Part shown: positions 1 to 8,766 of the stretch, one piece after another
Layout: each line of letters opens with the position of its first letter
Numbering within the stretch: the stretch's first letter is position 1
Assembly (NCBI GenBank): GCA_965234725.1
Contig: CBDDUX010000072.1
Span: 1 to 29,740, forward strand
DNA: 29,740 nt
Direction of reading: 5' to 3'
Source of the DNA: Thermoplasmatota archaeon
GTDB taxonomy: Archaea > Thermoplasmatota > Penumbrarchaeia > Penumbrarchaeales > Penumbrarchaeaceae
Notes under the pieces: generated by a model
Databases searched by the model: none
Seen by the model: the letters and a program-made list of their open reading frames with translations, nothing else
Told to the model about the DNA's origin: nothing
Translations under genes and position numbers: made by a program

Positions 1-25
1 CGGCGATAGCCGGCAACGTTTTCAT
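1..25 (-). CDS. Possible 5' end of a gene running off the window (MKTLPAIA...), perhaps a signal peptide
   Basis: Minus-strand ATG at 25 with AGGAG shortly upstream; only 8 codons are visible. Confidence 0.3.
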
Positions 26-249
26 TTCCGTTCTCCTCGATCTTTCCTCCATCCTTACATCCTCTTTTTGCCTTATGAATTTTGCCGGTTTCCGCATGAG
101 GTGGAAGATATTCTATTCCTTCCAATACTTCTATACAAATCCGAAAAGAGCTTTATTCAAATATATTTCCTCATCAATCATTAGAACCATTTGGACTAAT
201 GCCAATATTGGTTTAGATATCTACATTGAAATTGAGTTTCCATAATTAT

Positions 250-544
250 TTTTTTCTATCACTCTTGATCATCCCTCTTGAAGGCATTTCAGAGAAATTT
301 TTTCATTATCAGTGTCCTTTTTGATAGTTTTGAGTATGTTTTCAAACCCCGATCTACAAAATTTGGGGGTAGTTTTACTACACCATTACCATAGTTATAC
401 GACATTATAGTGTTAGAACACGATCGGATTGTGAATACTGGATTGATATAGAGAGATATGTTGGTATGATAATTACAGGAATATAATTTTATGATGAAGT
501 CCGAATTAGACCAAAATGTTTGGTGGGCCAGGCCGAGTCCGGAT
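250..544 (+). repeat. Composite repeat copy 1: arm A1 (about 250-350, upstream hairpin absent) plus arm B (351-535)
   Basis: Aligns along its length with about 22665-22945; arm B also matches 5180-5320; core AAACCCC at 344-350. Confidence 0.95.
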
Positions 545-581
545 CAAGTAATGAATCTATTTTTTCATTGATGGAATCTGA

Positions 582-1232
582 TCAACAATATCCGGTTAGT
601 ATCTCTTTCATGATCCTGATCTCGGCTTTTCTCAAATGCTCAACGAGCGTTGGTTTACTGATACTGACCTTTTCTGATAACTGAGTGCTGTTGATCTTCC
701 TTGGATACTCATAGTATCCATATCTGTCTGCTGTGAGAAGTATATCTCTTTGTTTCTCCGTCAATATCGATAGAATATCCTGTTTCCGGTAGGTTGCCTT
801 CTGGAATGATACATTCACGACCTTACCCAGATGTTCGTTGATCAAGTCGATGAATTTGTTCAAATTCTCATTATCCCCGATGCAACTCAAGGTGATCTTA
901 TCCTCAGTGATAATATTTGGTTTAGTAGTGATCAGGTCCAAGTCCTTGAAGAATTCTAGAGTGTTTTCAGGATCAAGTTCCTTAGCAATACAGATGTGTT
1001 TGTTTCCATGGGATCCTAGAACATTCAAGATCTCGATTGTCCCGATGGATCTTATATCATCTATCGATATGCCAGCTCTCGTGATAATCTCGATCAGGTC
1101 CACCGAAATGAATTCTTCCCAGTCATTCCTCAAATCATCCAGTATCTCATAGGACACTATCTTTTCAAATATGGGCCTCTGAATTTCCTTGAACTTCTCA
1201 TATGGTTCGTATTCCAGGGTCATCTTTCTCAT
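582..1232 (-). CDS. Bacterio-opsin activator-type (HTH_10) transcriptional regulator
   Basis: C-terminal LTEKQRDIL...GYYEYPRKI...LS..VSISKPTLVEHLRKAE is the HTH_10 signature; start moved to ATG 1232 (MRKMTLEY) from the ORF-track start at 1289. Confidence 0.85.
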   Translation of the reverse strand: MRKMTLEYEPYEKFKEIQRPIFEKIVSYEILDDLRNDWEEFISVDLIEIITRAGISIDDIRSIGTIEILNVLGSHGNKHICIAKELDPENTLEFFKDLDLITTKPNIITEDKITLSCIGDNENLNKFIDLINEHLGKVVNVSFQKATYRKQDILSILTEKQRDILLTADRYGYYEYPRKINSTQLSEKVSISKPTLVEHLRKAEIRIMKEILTGYC

Positions 1233-1358
1233 GTTATCAAAAGCAGATCGGCTACTGGATATTAATAATGCCATACATGAATGGCTCAATTTCCTAATAT
1301 TTCACCCGCCATAGACCTTCAGAGACCAATAGGATAATCCCAAAAACAGGTGAAAAAA

Positions 1359-2108
1359 ATGGACAAGATAAGGAATATCGATGGTGAGTGTTCAACCGGT
1401 AATGATGGAACGAATGATAAAGAGATTCCCAACTTGAGAAAGAACATGATAATTGCGGGTTGTCTTTATCTCACATTCATATTATTTTCATTCGTTGTAG
1501 ACAATTTTGCGGTCTTTGTAATGAAAGATGCTGATACCGTGATCGATAGAATAATTGAAAATGATTGGCAATTCACCTTCGGACTGATCAGTAACTTACT
1601 CTCGGCTCTTTTCTTCCTTCTGGCAGCCTGGGCTCTATATGCGTTATTGAAACCGGTCAATAAGAATCTCGCTTTGTCGTTTCTCATACTAAATTTGGTT
1701 GGTGTCGTCATCCAATGTGTGGCAGTGCATGAACTATTTGGTGCAGTACAACTTCTGAATGGGGCCGAATACCTGAATGTGATTCAGGCTGAACAACTCC
1801 ATGCCCAAGCATTGTTCCATATCAACATGTATGAAAATGGATTCATGATCGCCCAGTTGTTCTTTGGTTCCTGGCTCCTCCCTCTAGGATATCTGGTCTA
1901 CAAATCCACCTTTCTCCCAAAATGGCTCGGTATATTGCTGATGGTCGACTTCATTGCTATAGTGGGATGGTTCTTCCTTTTCTTCCTTTTCCCGAGTAAC
2001 GAAGTGATAATTGGACTCTGTCTTACAGTTAGCCTCATCGCGGAACTGGCACTCGGAGGTTTGCTTATAGTGAAAGGTATCAAGATGAAAAGTTCGATAA
2101 ATTTATAG
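1359..2108 (+). CDS. DUF4386 family membrane protein
   Basis: Multiple hydrophobic helices; IAGCLYL, LYALLKPVNKNLAL and FFGSWLLPLGYLVYKSTFLPKWLG motifs; AGGTGA RBS before ATG 1359. Confidence 0.85.
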   Translation: MDKIRNIDGECSTGNDGTNDKEIPNLRKNMIIAGCLYLTFILFSFVVDNFAVFVMKDADTVIDRIIENDWQFTFGLISNLLSALFFLLAAWALYALLKPVNKNLALSFLILNLVGVVIQCVAVHELFGAVQLLNGAEYLNVIQAEQLHAQALFHINMYENGFMIAQLFFGSWLLPLGYLVYKSTFLPKWLGILLMVDFIAIVGWFFLFFLFPSNEVIIGLCLTVSLIAELALGGLLIVKGIKMKSSINL

Positions 2109-2129
2109 TAGGCCTGGCCGAGTCAGGAT
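2100..2129 (+). repeat. Isolated degenerate copy of the arm-B terminal sequence
   Basis: 2106-2129 TAGTAGGCCTGGCCGAGTCAGGAT matches 521-544 TGGTGGGCCAGGCCGAGTCCGGAT at 20/24 positions. Confidence 0.7.
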
Positions 2130-3046
2130 GATATCTTATCCTTGAGCAATTTCTCTCTCCAAGTGTCCTGCATCCATCCATCTTTGAGTACTGAGGATTG
2201 AACATTCTTGATACCATCACAATCCTTGATTGCTTCCATAAGCTCATTATATTTCTTAATGGAAGGGGACCAAGCATAACTTGAGATAAGTCCGGGGACA
2301 TTGCTTAGAGTAGTGATGACGAAAAGTGATCCGCTGAATTTTTCATATAATTCATCACGGATCTTCTTCTGATCAACACCTTCTTCTAAGATTACGGCGA
2401 GCATAGCGGTAAGACCGGATGCATTCCCGGGGCGCCAATCGATACTGAAATCAATCGCTCCATTCTCTATCAACCGATCAAGATGCCGCTTCACTGTTCG
2501 TGCTGATGCATCACATTTCTCAGCAATATCTCCGATAGGCAATCGCGCATCCTCATAGAGTGCATGAATGATCTGAAAATCGAGTCGGGTCAGCTCTGAT
2601 GGACCTTTGTATCGAGTATTCAGGACCTTCTCACCGAATTTTACTTGAGAATCCAAAAGTACATTCGGATTCGGGATCTCGATTTTCTTTCTCAGATATT
2701 CGACCAGGGAGTCCAGGTCCTTGATATCCCGGATGATGCATTCCAGGAAGAAATGAGGTTGTCCTTCGCCGATAAATACTGAATGCACCAGATCGTTTTT
2801 CCTTAGTCCTTTTACTACATCGTCCGGTTTGCCCTGGGAGATGCCTTCCACAAGCACTCTAATAGCATGAAGATATCCTATCGACAGTGAGGTTTTAAAA
2901 CAATTGATTAGTCCTTCATCTTTTAGTATCTGTATACGGCGATGTGTGGCCTGAATGGAAATATTCAATCTGTCTGAAAGCTCACGAATAGGGGTCCTTG
3001 AGTTGGTGAAGAGCATCTGGCATAATCGAATGTCGGTCTCGTCCAT
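2123..3046 (-). CDS. Lrp/AsnC family regulator with two tandem HTH-plus-effector units
   Basis: MDETDIRLCQMLFTNSRTPIRELS and LTRLDFQIIHALYEDARLPIGDIAEK are two AsnC-type HTH starts. Confidence 0.85.
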   Translation of the reverse strand: MDETDIRLCQMLFTNSRTPIRELSDRLNISIQATHRRIQILKDEGLINCFKTSLSIGYLHAIRVLVEGISQGKPDDVVKGLRKNDLVHSVFIGEGQPHFFLECIIRDIKDLDSLVEYLRKKIEIPNPNVLLDSQVKFGEKVLNTRYKGPSELTRLDFQIIHALYEDARLPIGDIAEKCDASARTVKRHLDRLIENGAIDFSIDWRPGNASGLTAMLAVILEEGVDQKKIRDELYEKFSGSLFVITTLSNVPGLISSYAWSPSIKKYNELMEAIKDCDGIKNVQSSVLKDGWMQDTWREKLLKDKISS

Positions 3047-3082
3047 GGTAGAGAAATGAATGATGATATTCTTATTTGTAAA

Positions 3083-3454
3083 TTATCTTGGGATATTCTC
3101 TTCCATCAATGAGATCAGGAATTCCAATTCATCCTTTATCTTGCCAGATGTGACCTTGCATTCCGCAAAGATCCATCCACCTTCCTCGCTTGTCAAGTAA
3201 TATCCCCTGTCAGTAAGAATACCTGCAATGTCCATGACATGCTTAATTCGAGAGGGATCAACCGGTCTATTCCCCTCTAACAACCGAACAAGCAGTTCCA
3301 TGGAGAAGTATATCATGCTGTTTTCTTCGATCCTTGCAACGAGCCCGATCTTGAACGTATCTCCTCTGGCAACCACAACATACCCCTCGCCATCATCCGA
3401 GGATCTAGCTACTTCGGTCAGTTTCTCGACATTGATATCCGGATTCTTTCCCAT
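3083..3454 (-). CDS. Hypothetical protein (123 aa)
   Basis: Closely packed in a co-oriented run, protein-like composition, no recognised motif. Confidence 0.7.
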   Translation of the reverse strand: MGKNPDINVEKLTEVARSSDDGEGYVVVARGDTFKIGLVARIEENSMIYFSMELLVRLLEGNRPVDPSRIKHVMDIAGILTDRGYYLTSEEGGWIFAECKVTSGKIKDELEFLISLMEENIPR

Positions 3455-3470
3455 ATCAAGCTCTCCATGC

Positions 3471-3998
3471 CTACTCGACCTTTATTTTATGAATCTCCTT
3501 AACTGCCTTTCCTGTCAGGTTCTGAATATCCTGCTCATTCAGTCGATATGCTGAAGTGTCCTGTCTGGTTGGTTTAGGATCGGACGGTAACAGATCAGCT
3601 ATGTGAAGATCGATCACTGAAGCTGGTTTCTTTCCGATTCTTTTGGTCAGTTCATCGGAAAGTTTTGGATTCGGACCAAGGGCTCCTCCGCTTATCGAGA
3701 TGAAAGCATATTGCTTGATATGGTCCTTGAGTTCCTTGAAGCAAGCTCGAAGAGGCGATGCAACCTGCCCCATCCATACGGGTCCAACGAAGATTATCAA
3801 TCCATTTGTATCCAGATCGTCAATCGATTCGTTGATCTTCGGTGTTCTATTAAATATTACATCTATCGCGATCCTTCCAATGGTTCTCTTCTTCGGTTCA
3901 GTGATCTTGATATGCTCCGCTCCAAGATCAGCAGCAATGCTTTTTGCCAGACCATCGTTGTTGCCTGTCAACGAGTATGATATCACAAATTTCTTCAT
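3471..3998 (-). CDS. Flavodoxin-like protein
   Basis: N-terminal YSLTGNN phosphate-binding loop and IIFVGPVWMG; GGAGG RBS. Confidence 0.85.
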   Translation of the reverse strand: MKKFVISYSLTGNNDGLAKSIAADLGAEHIKITEPKKRTIGRIAIDVIFNRTPKINESIDDLDTNGLIIFVGPVWMGQVASPLRACFKELKDHIKQYAFISISGGALGPNPKLSDELTKRIGKKPASVIDLHIADLLPSDPKPTRQDTSAYRLNEQDIQNLTGKAVKEIHKIKVE

Positions 3999-4016
3999 TT
4001 TTCTCCCTCCTTTTAA

Positions 4017-4784
4017 TCATCTGCTAGCAGCCATTCTTACTGCTGCAAAGTCGAAGATCTTTCCCATCATTTTCTTGATCGGATTCATTCTGACCGGATA
4101 GTAGTAATCCGATTCGAACCATCCTTCCCTTTCAAAGTATGAAAAATCTCGATATTCATCATTCAGTATCAATCGAGCACTAGTTCTGGACATCCTGAAT
4201 ATCATCAACTTGAACAGAGTGGGGGACGGGTATTCCTTCTTGACCAATTGAGAAAAAAACTTACTGCTATGTTTGTCAAGGGCTGTATCAATCTTTCTCT
4301 GTCCTTTTTCTGTCATGGGTTCGAGTGTTGTAAGAACAGAACCCCTTACAACATTGAAACCGAGCCTGTCACCGACGAAGCTGAGATACTTGACAATATC
4401 CTTTCCTCCCATCATTCCCTGTGTCACAATGCATGTGAATGCTTTTCCAAAGAAAGCAGGTCGATGTGAGTAGAAGCTCAACCTGTCAATTAATAATTTC
4501 ATGAGGGCTGATTCATGGAAGAAGTAGTTGGGAGATGCAAACACAATGCCATCGGATCCCTCAATTTTCTCAATGAGTATATCCCTATCATCCTTAAGTG
4601 GGCATGATTTCTCATTTTTTTCCATGCAGATCTTGCACCCCTTGCAGGATTTCAGATCATAATCGCTGAGTTGTACTATCTCATAATCTACACCGCCTTT
4701 CTTCTGCAGATTTTCCATGAATTGCACAGAAGCATCATATGTATGATTCTTCTGAGCGCTTCCGACGAAAGCGGTCACCTTCAT
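4017..4784 (-). CDS. Iron-sulfur flavoprotein / NADPH-dependent FMN reductase family protein
   Basis: MKVTAFVGS start, CKGCKIC...C cluster motif, DGIVFASPNY...MKLLIDRL; the ORF-track extension to 5096 runs through non-coding repeat DNA. Confidence 0.85.
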   Translation of the reverse strand: MKVTAFVGSAQKNHTYDASVQFMENLQKKGGVDYEIVQLSDYDLKSCKGCKICMEKNEKSCPLKDDRDILIEKIEGSDGIVFASPNYFFHESALMKLLIDRLSFYSHRPAFFGKAFTCIVTQGMMGGKDIVKYLSFVGDRLGFNVVRGSVLTTLEPMTEKGQRKIDTALDKHSSKFFSQLVKKEYPSPTLFKLMIFRMSRTSARLILNDEYRDFSYFEREGWFESDYYYPVRMNPIKKMMGKIFDFAAVRMAASR

Positions 4785-5034
4785 TTTCTTTCCCTTGATT
4801 TGGATTTTAATCACCTTGGATTGTTTGTAGGCATCTGTTGCCTCTGAAAAATCCGATGTGGAAGAGTATAATAATGGCATGTTCACCATGGATTTGAAGA
4901 ATGGACACACAATATCCTCCGATTTGGACGATCTTTCATCCTCTCGTTTGATAAATCGGACAAAATACTTTCGTGAAAAATTGGCCAGTCCTGTATTTTG
5001 TAGGTTCTGATAATTCACGTTGTAAAATAATTGG

Positions 5035-5075
5035 AGAAGCCCCTTCCGACGCTTTGAAAGGGGCTTCTTTTTTCT
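5035..5075 (+). terminator. GC-rich hairpin plus T-tract at the start of arm A2 (terminator-like)
   Basis: AGAAGCCCCTT...AAGGGGCTTCT followed by TTTTTCT; repeated at 14802-14840. Confidence 0.5.
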
Positions 5076-5360
5076 CTTGGTCCGGACCGCTTCCATCCGT
5101 CATCCGCTCGGAAATCTTTTCTCGAAAAGGGGTTTTTCGGGGCATTTTCCAGGTTATTTGACTTAACTAGATAAACCCCATCTACAAAATTTGGGGGTTG
5201 TTTTACGACACCACGACATAGTTACACGACACAATAGGGTTAGAACACGACAGCATGATTTGCACTGGATCTTTGATGAGAGAAAGATAAATCGGTATGA
5301 TATTTAAGTGGAACATAATATCGATACATCTGTAATGATGGTGACTTCGCTACGATTAAT
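5035..5360 (+). repeat. Composite repeat copy 2: arm A2 (5035-5179) plus diverged arm B (5180-about 5345)
   Basis: Left part matches 14802-14945; right part matches 352-485 and 22762-22897; core AAACCCC at 5173-5179. Confidence 0.95.
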
Positions 5361-5621
5361 AGAATATCCGGGGATTGCATTTATAGAAAACATGAACTTT
5401 AAAAAGGGTATCTGAAAGCATTTGAAAGTTGAAATCAATCATCTAAAATATCGACATCGCTTTACCTCTGAAAGAGTCCCCATGAAGATCCTCTATTCCG
5501 TTTTCGAACCATGTGCCCCGGGCCATCTTCTAACAATAAAGGAACACATGGTTCTCTTGAAGGCAAATGATATGGTTCTTTCGGGATCGGTTCGGGACAT
5601 AATCTGAGAGGGGGAGATTAG

Positions 5622-7049
5622 ATGGAAATACAGTATGTCGGTGAGATCGAGTATCCGGACGGATATACGGGAGATCATATTCTCGATTTCGACAATTTCA
5701 GCCCCAACGAGATGGACCGGATCCTCTATCATCCGTTCAATGAGGATTGTCCTTTTCACCTGGGCGAGGACCTGGGTGATCTTGATGATGTACCTCTGTT
5801 GAACCACCTGATGATCTATTTGGAATATATGAAAGAAAACGCGCCCCTGAAACTGACCCAGAAAGGGAATCTACCGCTCTCTTTCTGCAGATATCTGGCC
5901 GATAGGGGATTGGTGGAGGGAAGGATCTTGTCCGACCTTCATCTCAATTCAGAAGAAGATATCACATATATGACATTCATGAAACTTATAACCCGGAAAA
6001 TGGGGTTGGTCTCGAAAAGGTACAACAGATTCTCGTTGTCGGGAAAGGGGAAGAAGTTCCTGAAATCGGACTATGCCGAAAGGTACCGGATCCTTTTCAA
6101 ACACATGACAACCGGTTTCAACTGGGGGTATTTCGACCGGTATCCTCATAGCTGGATTGTACAAGGAGGGTTTGCCTTCTCGATCTTTCTCTTTCAAAAA
6201 TACGGAGAGGAGAAGAGACCTCCCGGGTTCTATTCCGACAGATTCAGGATAGCTTTTCCCAACCTGTATCGGGATTTCGACGGCCGGGATGATGATCCAA
6301 TAAGGGCATATGAGAGAGCCTACCTCATCAGGGTGATAGAGAGGTTCATGTTCAGAATGGGTCTTGTCGAGGTAGAATACGATCCTCGAAACAGATATGA
6401 ACCGGTTTCCGTGCGGAAGAATCCACTCATCGACAGAGTGATCGTCTGGGATCGTGATGTATTCGATTTCGACAAGGAAGGATATATCCTAAAGAAAAAA
6501 GAGAAAATGAAAAAAAGAATGGAGATGGAAAGAAAGAAAAAACTGAATTCAAAGTGCGGAAGAAAAGTTCTATCGAGGACGGAAGAATGGAAATCGAAGC
6601 TCTACACCTTGAAAGTATATCTGATCCAGGGTCCTCTTCCAGAAGACTTCAACGAGGAGGTGGTTTCGAGAACGATACAGATCAGGGGTAACCAGACCCT
6701 TGAGGACCTCCATCATGTGATCTTCAAGGCGTTTGACAGATGGGAGGAACACATGTATGAATTTCTGCTCGGAGAGGGTCCTTTCGACAGATCGGCGGTT
6801 TATTCACTTACGTCGGGGTCAGACCCGGAACTAGATGACTCTCTGGGAAGTGTGAAGGATACGACCATCGATTCTCTGGGGCTTGAAGAGGGAAGAGATT
6901 TCGGTTACCGGTTCGATTTCGGTGATGAATGGCTACATCAGATCGACGTTGTCGGGACCGATGAGAACGAATCGAGTGAAAAATATCCGAGGATAATCGA
7001 AATGACCGGAAAGAGCCCCCCGCAATATCCCAATCCTGATGAGGAATGA
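5622..7049 (+). CDS. Plasmid pRiA4b ORF-3 family domain protein with a long uncharacterised N-terminal domain
   Basis: C-terminal RTIQIRGNQTLEDLHHVIFKAFDRWEEHMYEF...YRFDFGDEWLHQI...YPRII....GKSPPQYP. Confidence 0.85.
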   Translation: MEIQYVGEIEYPDGYTGDHILDFDNFSPNEMDRILYHPFNEDCPFHLGEDLGDLDDVPLLNHLMIYLEYMKENAPLKLTQKGNLPLSFCRYLADRGLVEGRILSDLHLNSEEDITYMTFMKLITRKMGLVSKRYNRFSLSGKGKKFLKSDYAERYRILFKHMTTGFNWGYFDRYPHSWIVQGGFAFSIFLFQKYGEEKRPPGFYSDRFRIAFPNLYRDFDGRDDDPIRAYERAYLIRVIERFMFRMGLVEVEYDPRNRYEPVSVRKNPLIDRVIVWDRDVFDFDKEGYILKKKEKMKKRMEMERKKKLNSKCGRKVLSRTEEWKSKLYTLKVYLIQGPLPEDFNEEVVSRTIQIRGNQTLEDLHHVIFKAFDRWEEHMYEFLLGEGPFDRSAVYSLTSGSDPELDDSLGSVKDTTIDSLGLEEGRDFGYRFDFGDEWLHQIDVVGTDENESSEKYPRIIEMTGKSPPQYPNPDEE

Positions 7050-7101
7050 TTTTTCACGATATCCGGCAGATATAATATTCATCTCCTCGATACAATATCT
7101 G

Positions 7102-8673
7102 GTGCAGACCAACATCTACGATTTTCTGAAAAATCAGAAAAAGATCGAACAGAAGTTCACCGCAGAAGATGGCTACATATCTCACCCTCTGGTCAAGGAG
7201 AGATCGATACTTGCGAAGGATTTCCAGCTCAACATCGCTTCAAGCGCACTGGAGAGTTCCACGCTGGTGGTCCTTCCAACAGGTATGGGCAAGACCATAA
7301 TTGCCATCCTGGTATCTGCAGAGATATTATCTAATGAAAGTGGAAAGATCCTCATGGTCTCGCCCACAAGACCTCTTACGGAACAGCATTTTCATTCGTT
7401 TCAGAGATTCCTCTCGATCGAAGGAATGGCGATGTTCTCAGGATCGATGAAACCGGCAAAGAGAGTGGAGGAATGGAAAAAAGCAAGGGTCGTCTTCTCG
7501 ACCCCCCAGACCATCAACAACGACCTGAACAAGGAGAGGTATGATCTTTCCGATGTGTCGCTCCTCATAGTCGATGAGGCTCACAGAAGTGTAGGTGATT
7601 ATGCATACACGGGGATATTATCTCATTATGATGGCCATGTTCTGGCATTGACCGCTTCACCAGGCGGAGACAGCAAGAAGATAATGGAAGTAATAGAGAA
7701 TCTGGATGTGGACAATATCGAGGTCAGAACCTCCGGGGATGATGATGTAAAGGATCATGTCAAGGTGATAGATATCGAATGGAGGAGGACCGAACTTCCC
7801 GAGGATATGAATGAAATAAAAGTCCTTGTGGATGACTTCCTGCAAGAAAGGGTCAGAAAGCTCCGAAAACTGGGATTTCTCAGAGATGCAAGACCCGGGA
7901 TGGTCTCCAAGAAGAAGCTTTTGAAGGCAAGGGACGAGATACTGAAGAAATACATCAGGAACAAAGGACTCATGTTCGGGTCGCTGCACAATCAGGCGCA
8001 GGCCGTTCTGGCCGATCACATGCTCGAACTTCTGGAGACCCAGGGGGTCGTTCAATGCAGAATGTACATCGACAGAATGAGAGAAAAAACAAAAAAATCG
8101 AAGGCGGAGAAGGGGTTCCTTAAGGATCCGAGGATTTCTGGATCCGTTGGCAGATTGGAGAGATTCGAAGGACCCTCTCATCCCAAATTGGACCTACTTG
8201 AGGATATTGTGAGGAGATCGGTTGAAAATGGTGAAACACTGATCATCTTCACCCAGATCAGGGACACCATACCTTTGATAATGGATAGATTGGATGGATT
8301 GAGGATCGAGAGATTCGTTGGGCAGGCTAAGGGCAAAGATGGAAGAGGATTGAAGCAGAAGGAGCAGAAGGAAATACTTGACCGATTCAGAAAACGGGAG
8401 TTCGATGTTCTCATCGCAACCTCGGTTGCGGAGGAGGGGATCGATATTCCCGATGTGGACCTGGTCCTGTTCTACGAACCCATCCCTTCGGAGATCAGGA
8501 CCATTCAGCGTAGGGGGAGGACCGGCAGGTCCTCCACTGGTAAGGTGATCATCCTGATCACGAGCGGAACCCGGGACGAAGCCTACTACTGGGCGGAAGG
8601 TTCGAGAGAGAAGAAGATGGGACGGATAATGTCATGGTTAAGCCATGCGGAAGGAGGAGCGAATAATGAGTGA
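7102..8673 (+). CDS. hef: Hef/FANCM-like SF2 DEAH helicase without the ERCC4 nuclease domain
   Basis: YISHPLVK, LPTGMGKT, DEAH, LTASPG, ATSVAEEGIDIP, QRRGRTGR, GTRDEAYYW; likely GTG start at 7102 after TATAAT at 7071 (ORF track starts at 7039). Confidence 0.9.
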   Translation: MQTNIYDFLKNQKKIEQKFTAEDGYISHPLVKERSILAKDFQLNIASSALESSTLVVLPTGMGKTIIAILVSAEILSNESGKILMVSPTRPLTEQHFHSFQRFLSIEGMAMFSGSMKPAKRVEEWKKARVVFSTPQTINNDLNKERYDLSDVSLLIVDEAHRSVGDYAYTGILSHYDGHVLALTASPGGDSKKIMEVIENLDVDNIEVRTSGDDDVKDHVKVIDIEWRRTELPEDMNEIKVLVDDFLQERVRKLRKLGFLRDARPGMVSKKKLLKARDEILKKYIRNKGLMFGSLHNQAQAVLADHMLELLETQGVVQCRMYIDRMREKTKKSKAEKGFLKDPRISGSVGRLERFEGPSHPKLDLLEDIVRRSVENGETLIIFTQIRDTIPLIMDRLDGLRIERFVGQAKGKDGRGLKQKEQKEILDRFRKREFDVLIATSVAEEGIDIPDVDLVLFYEPIPSEIRTIQRRGRTGRSSTGKVIILITSGTRDEAYYWAEGSREKKMGRIMSWLSHAEGGANNE

Positions 8674-8766
8674 TCCATATCGTGTGAATAATATTTTATC
8701 ACCTTTGCCATAACCGAAGAAAGTGGAACAAATATGATACTATGAAACATGCTGCGGTGATCGATC

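Noticed and set aside
351..535. Arm B as a MITE with terminal inverted repeats
   Set aside because: Both ends contain CAAA...TTTGG dyads, but they are not clean inverted repeats and no target-site duplication is visible. Not fully excluded.
521..600. Intact tRNA gene
   Set aside because: Only about 15 nt resemble a tRNA 3' end; there is no anticodon or D arm here, at 5339 or at 22931.
4785..5161. N-terminal extension of the 359-aa ORF and small ORFs 4936-5145, 4973-5161 and 14709-14927
   Set aside because: They translate non-coding arm A2; the similarity between the 62-aa and 72-aa peptides reflects the DNA repeat only.
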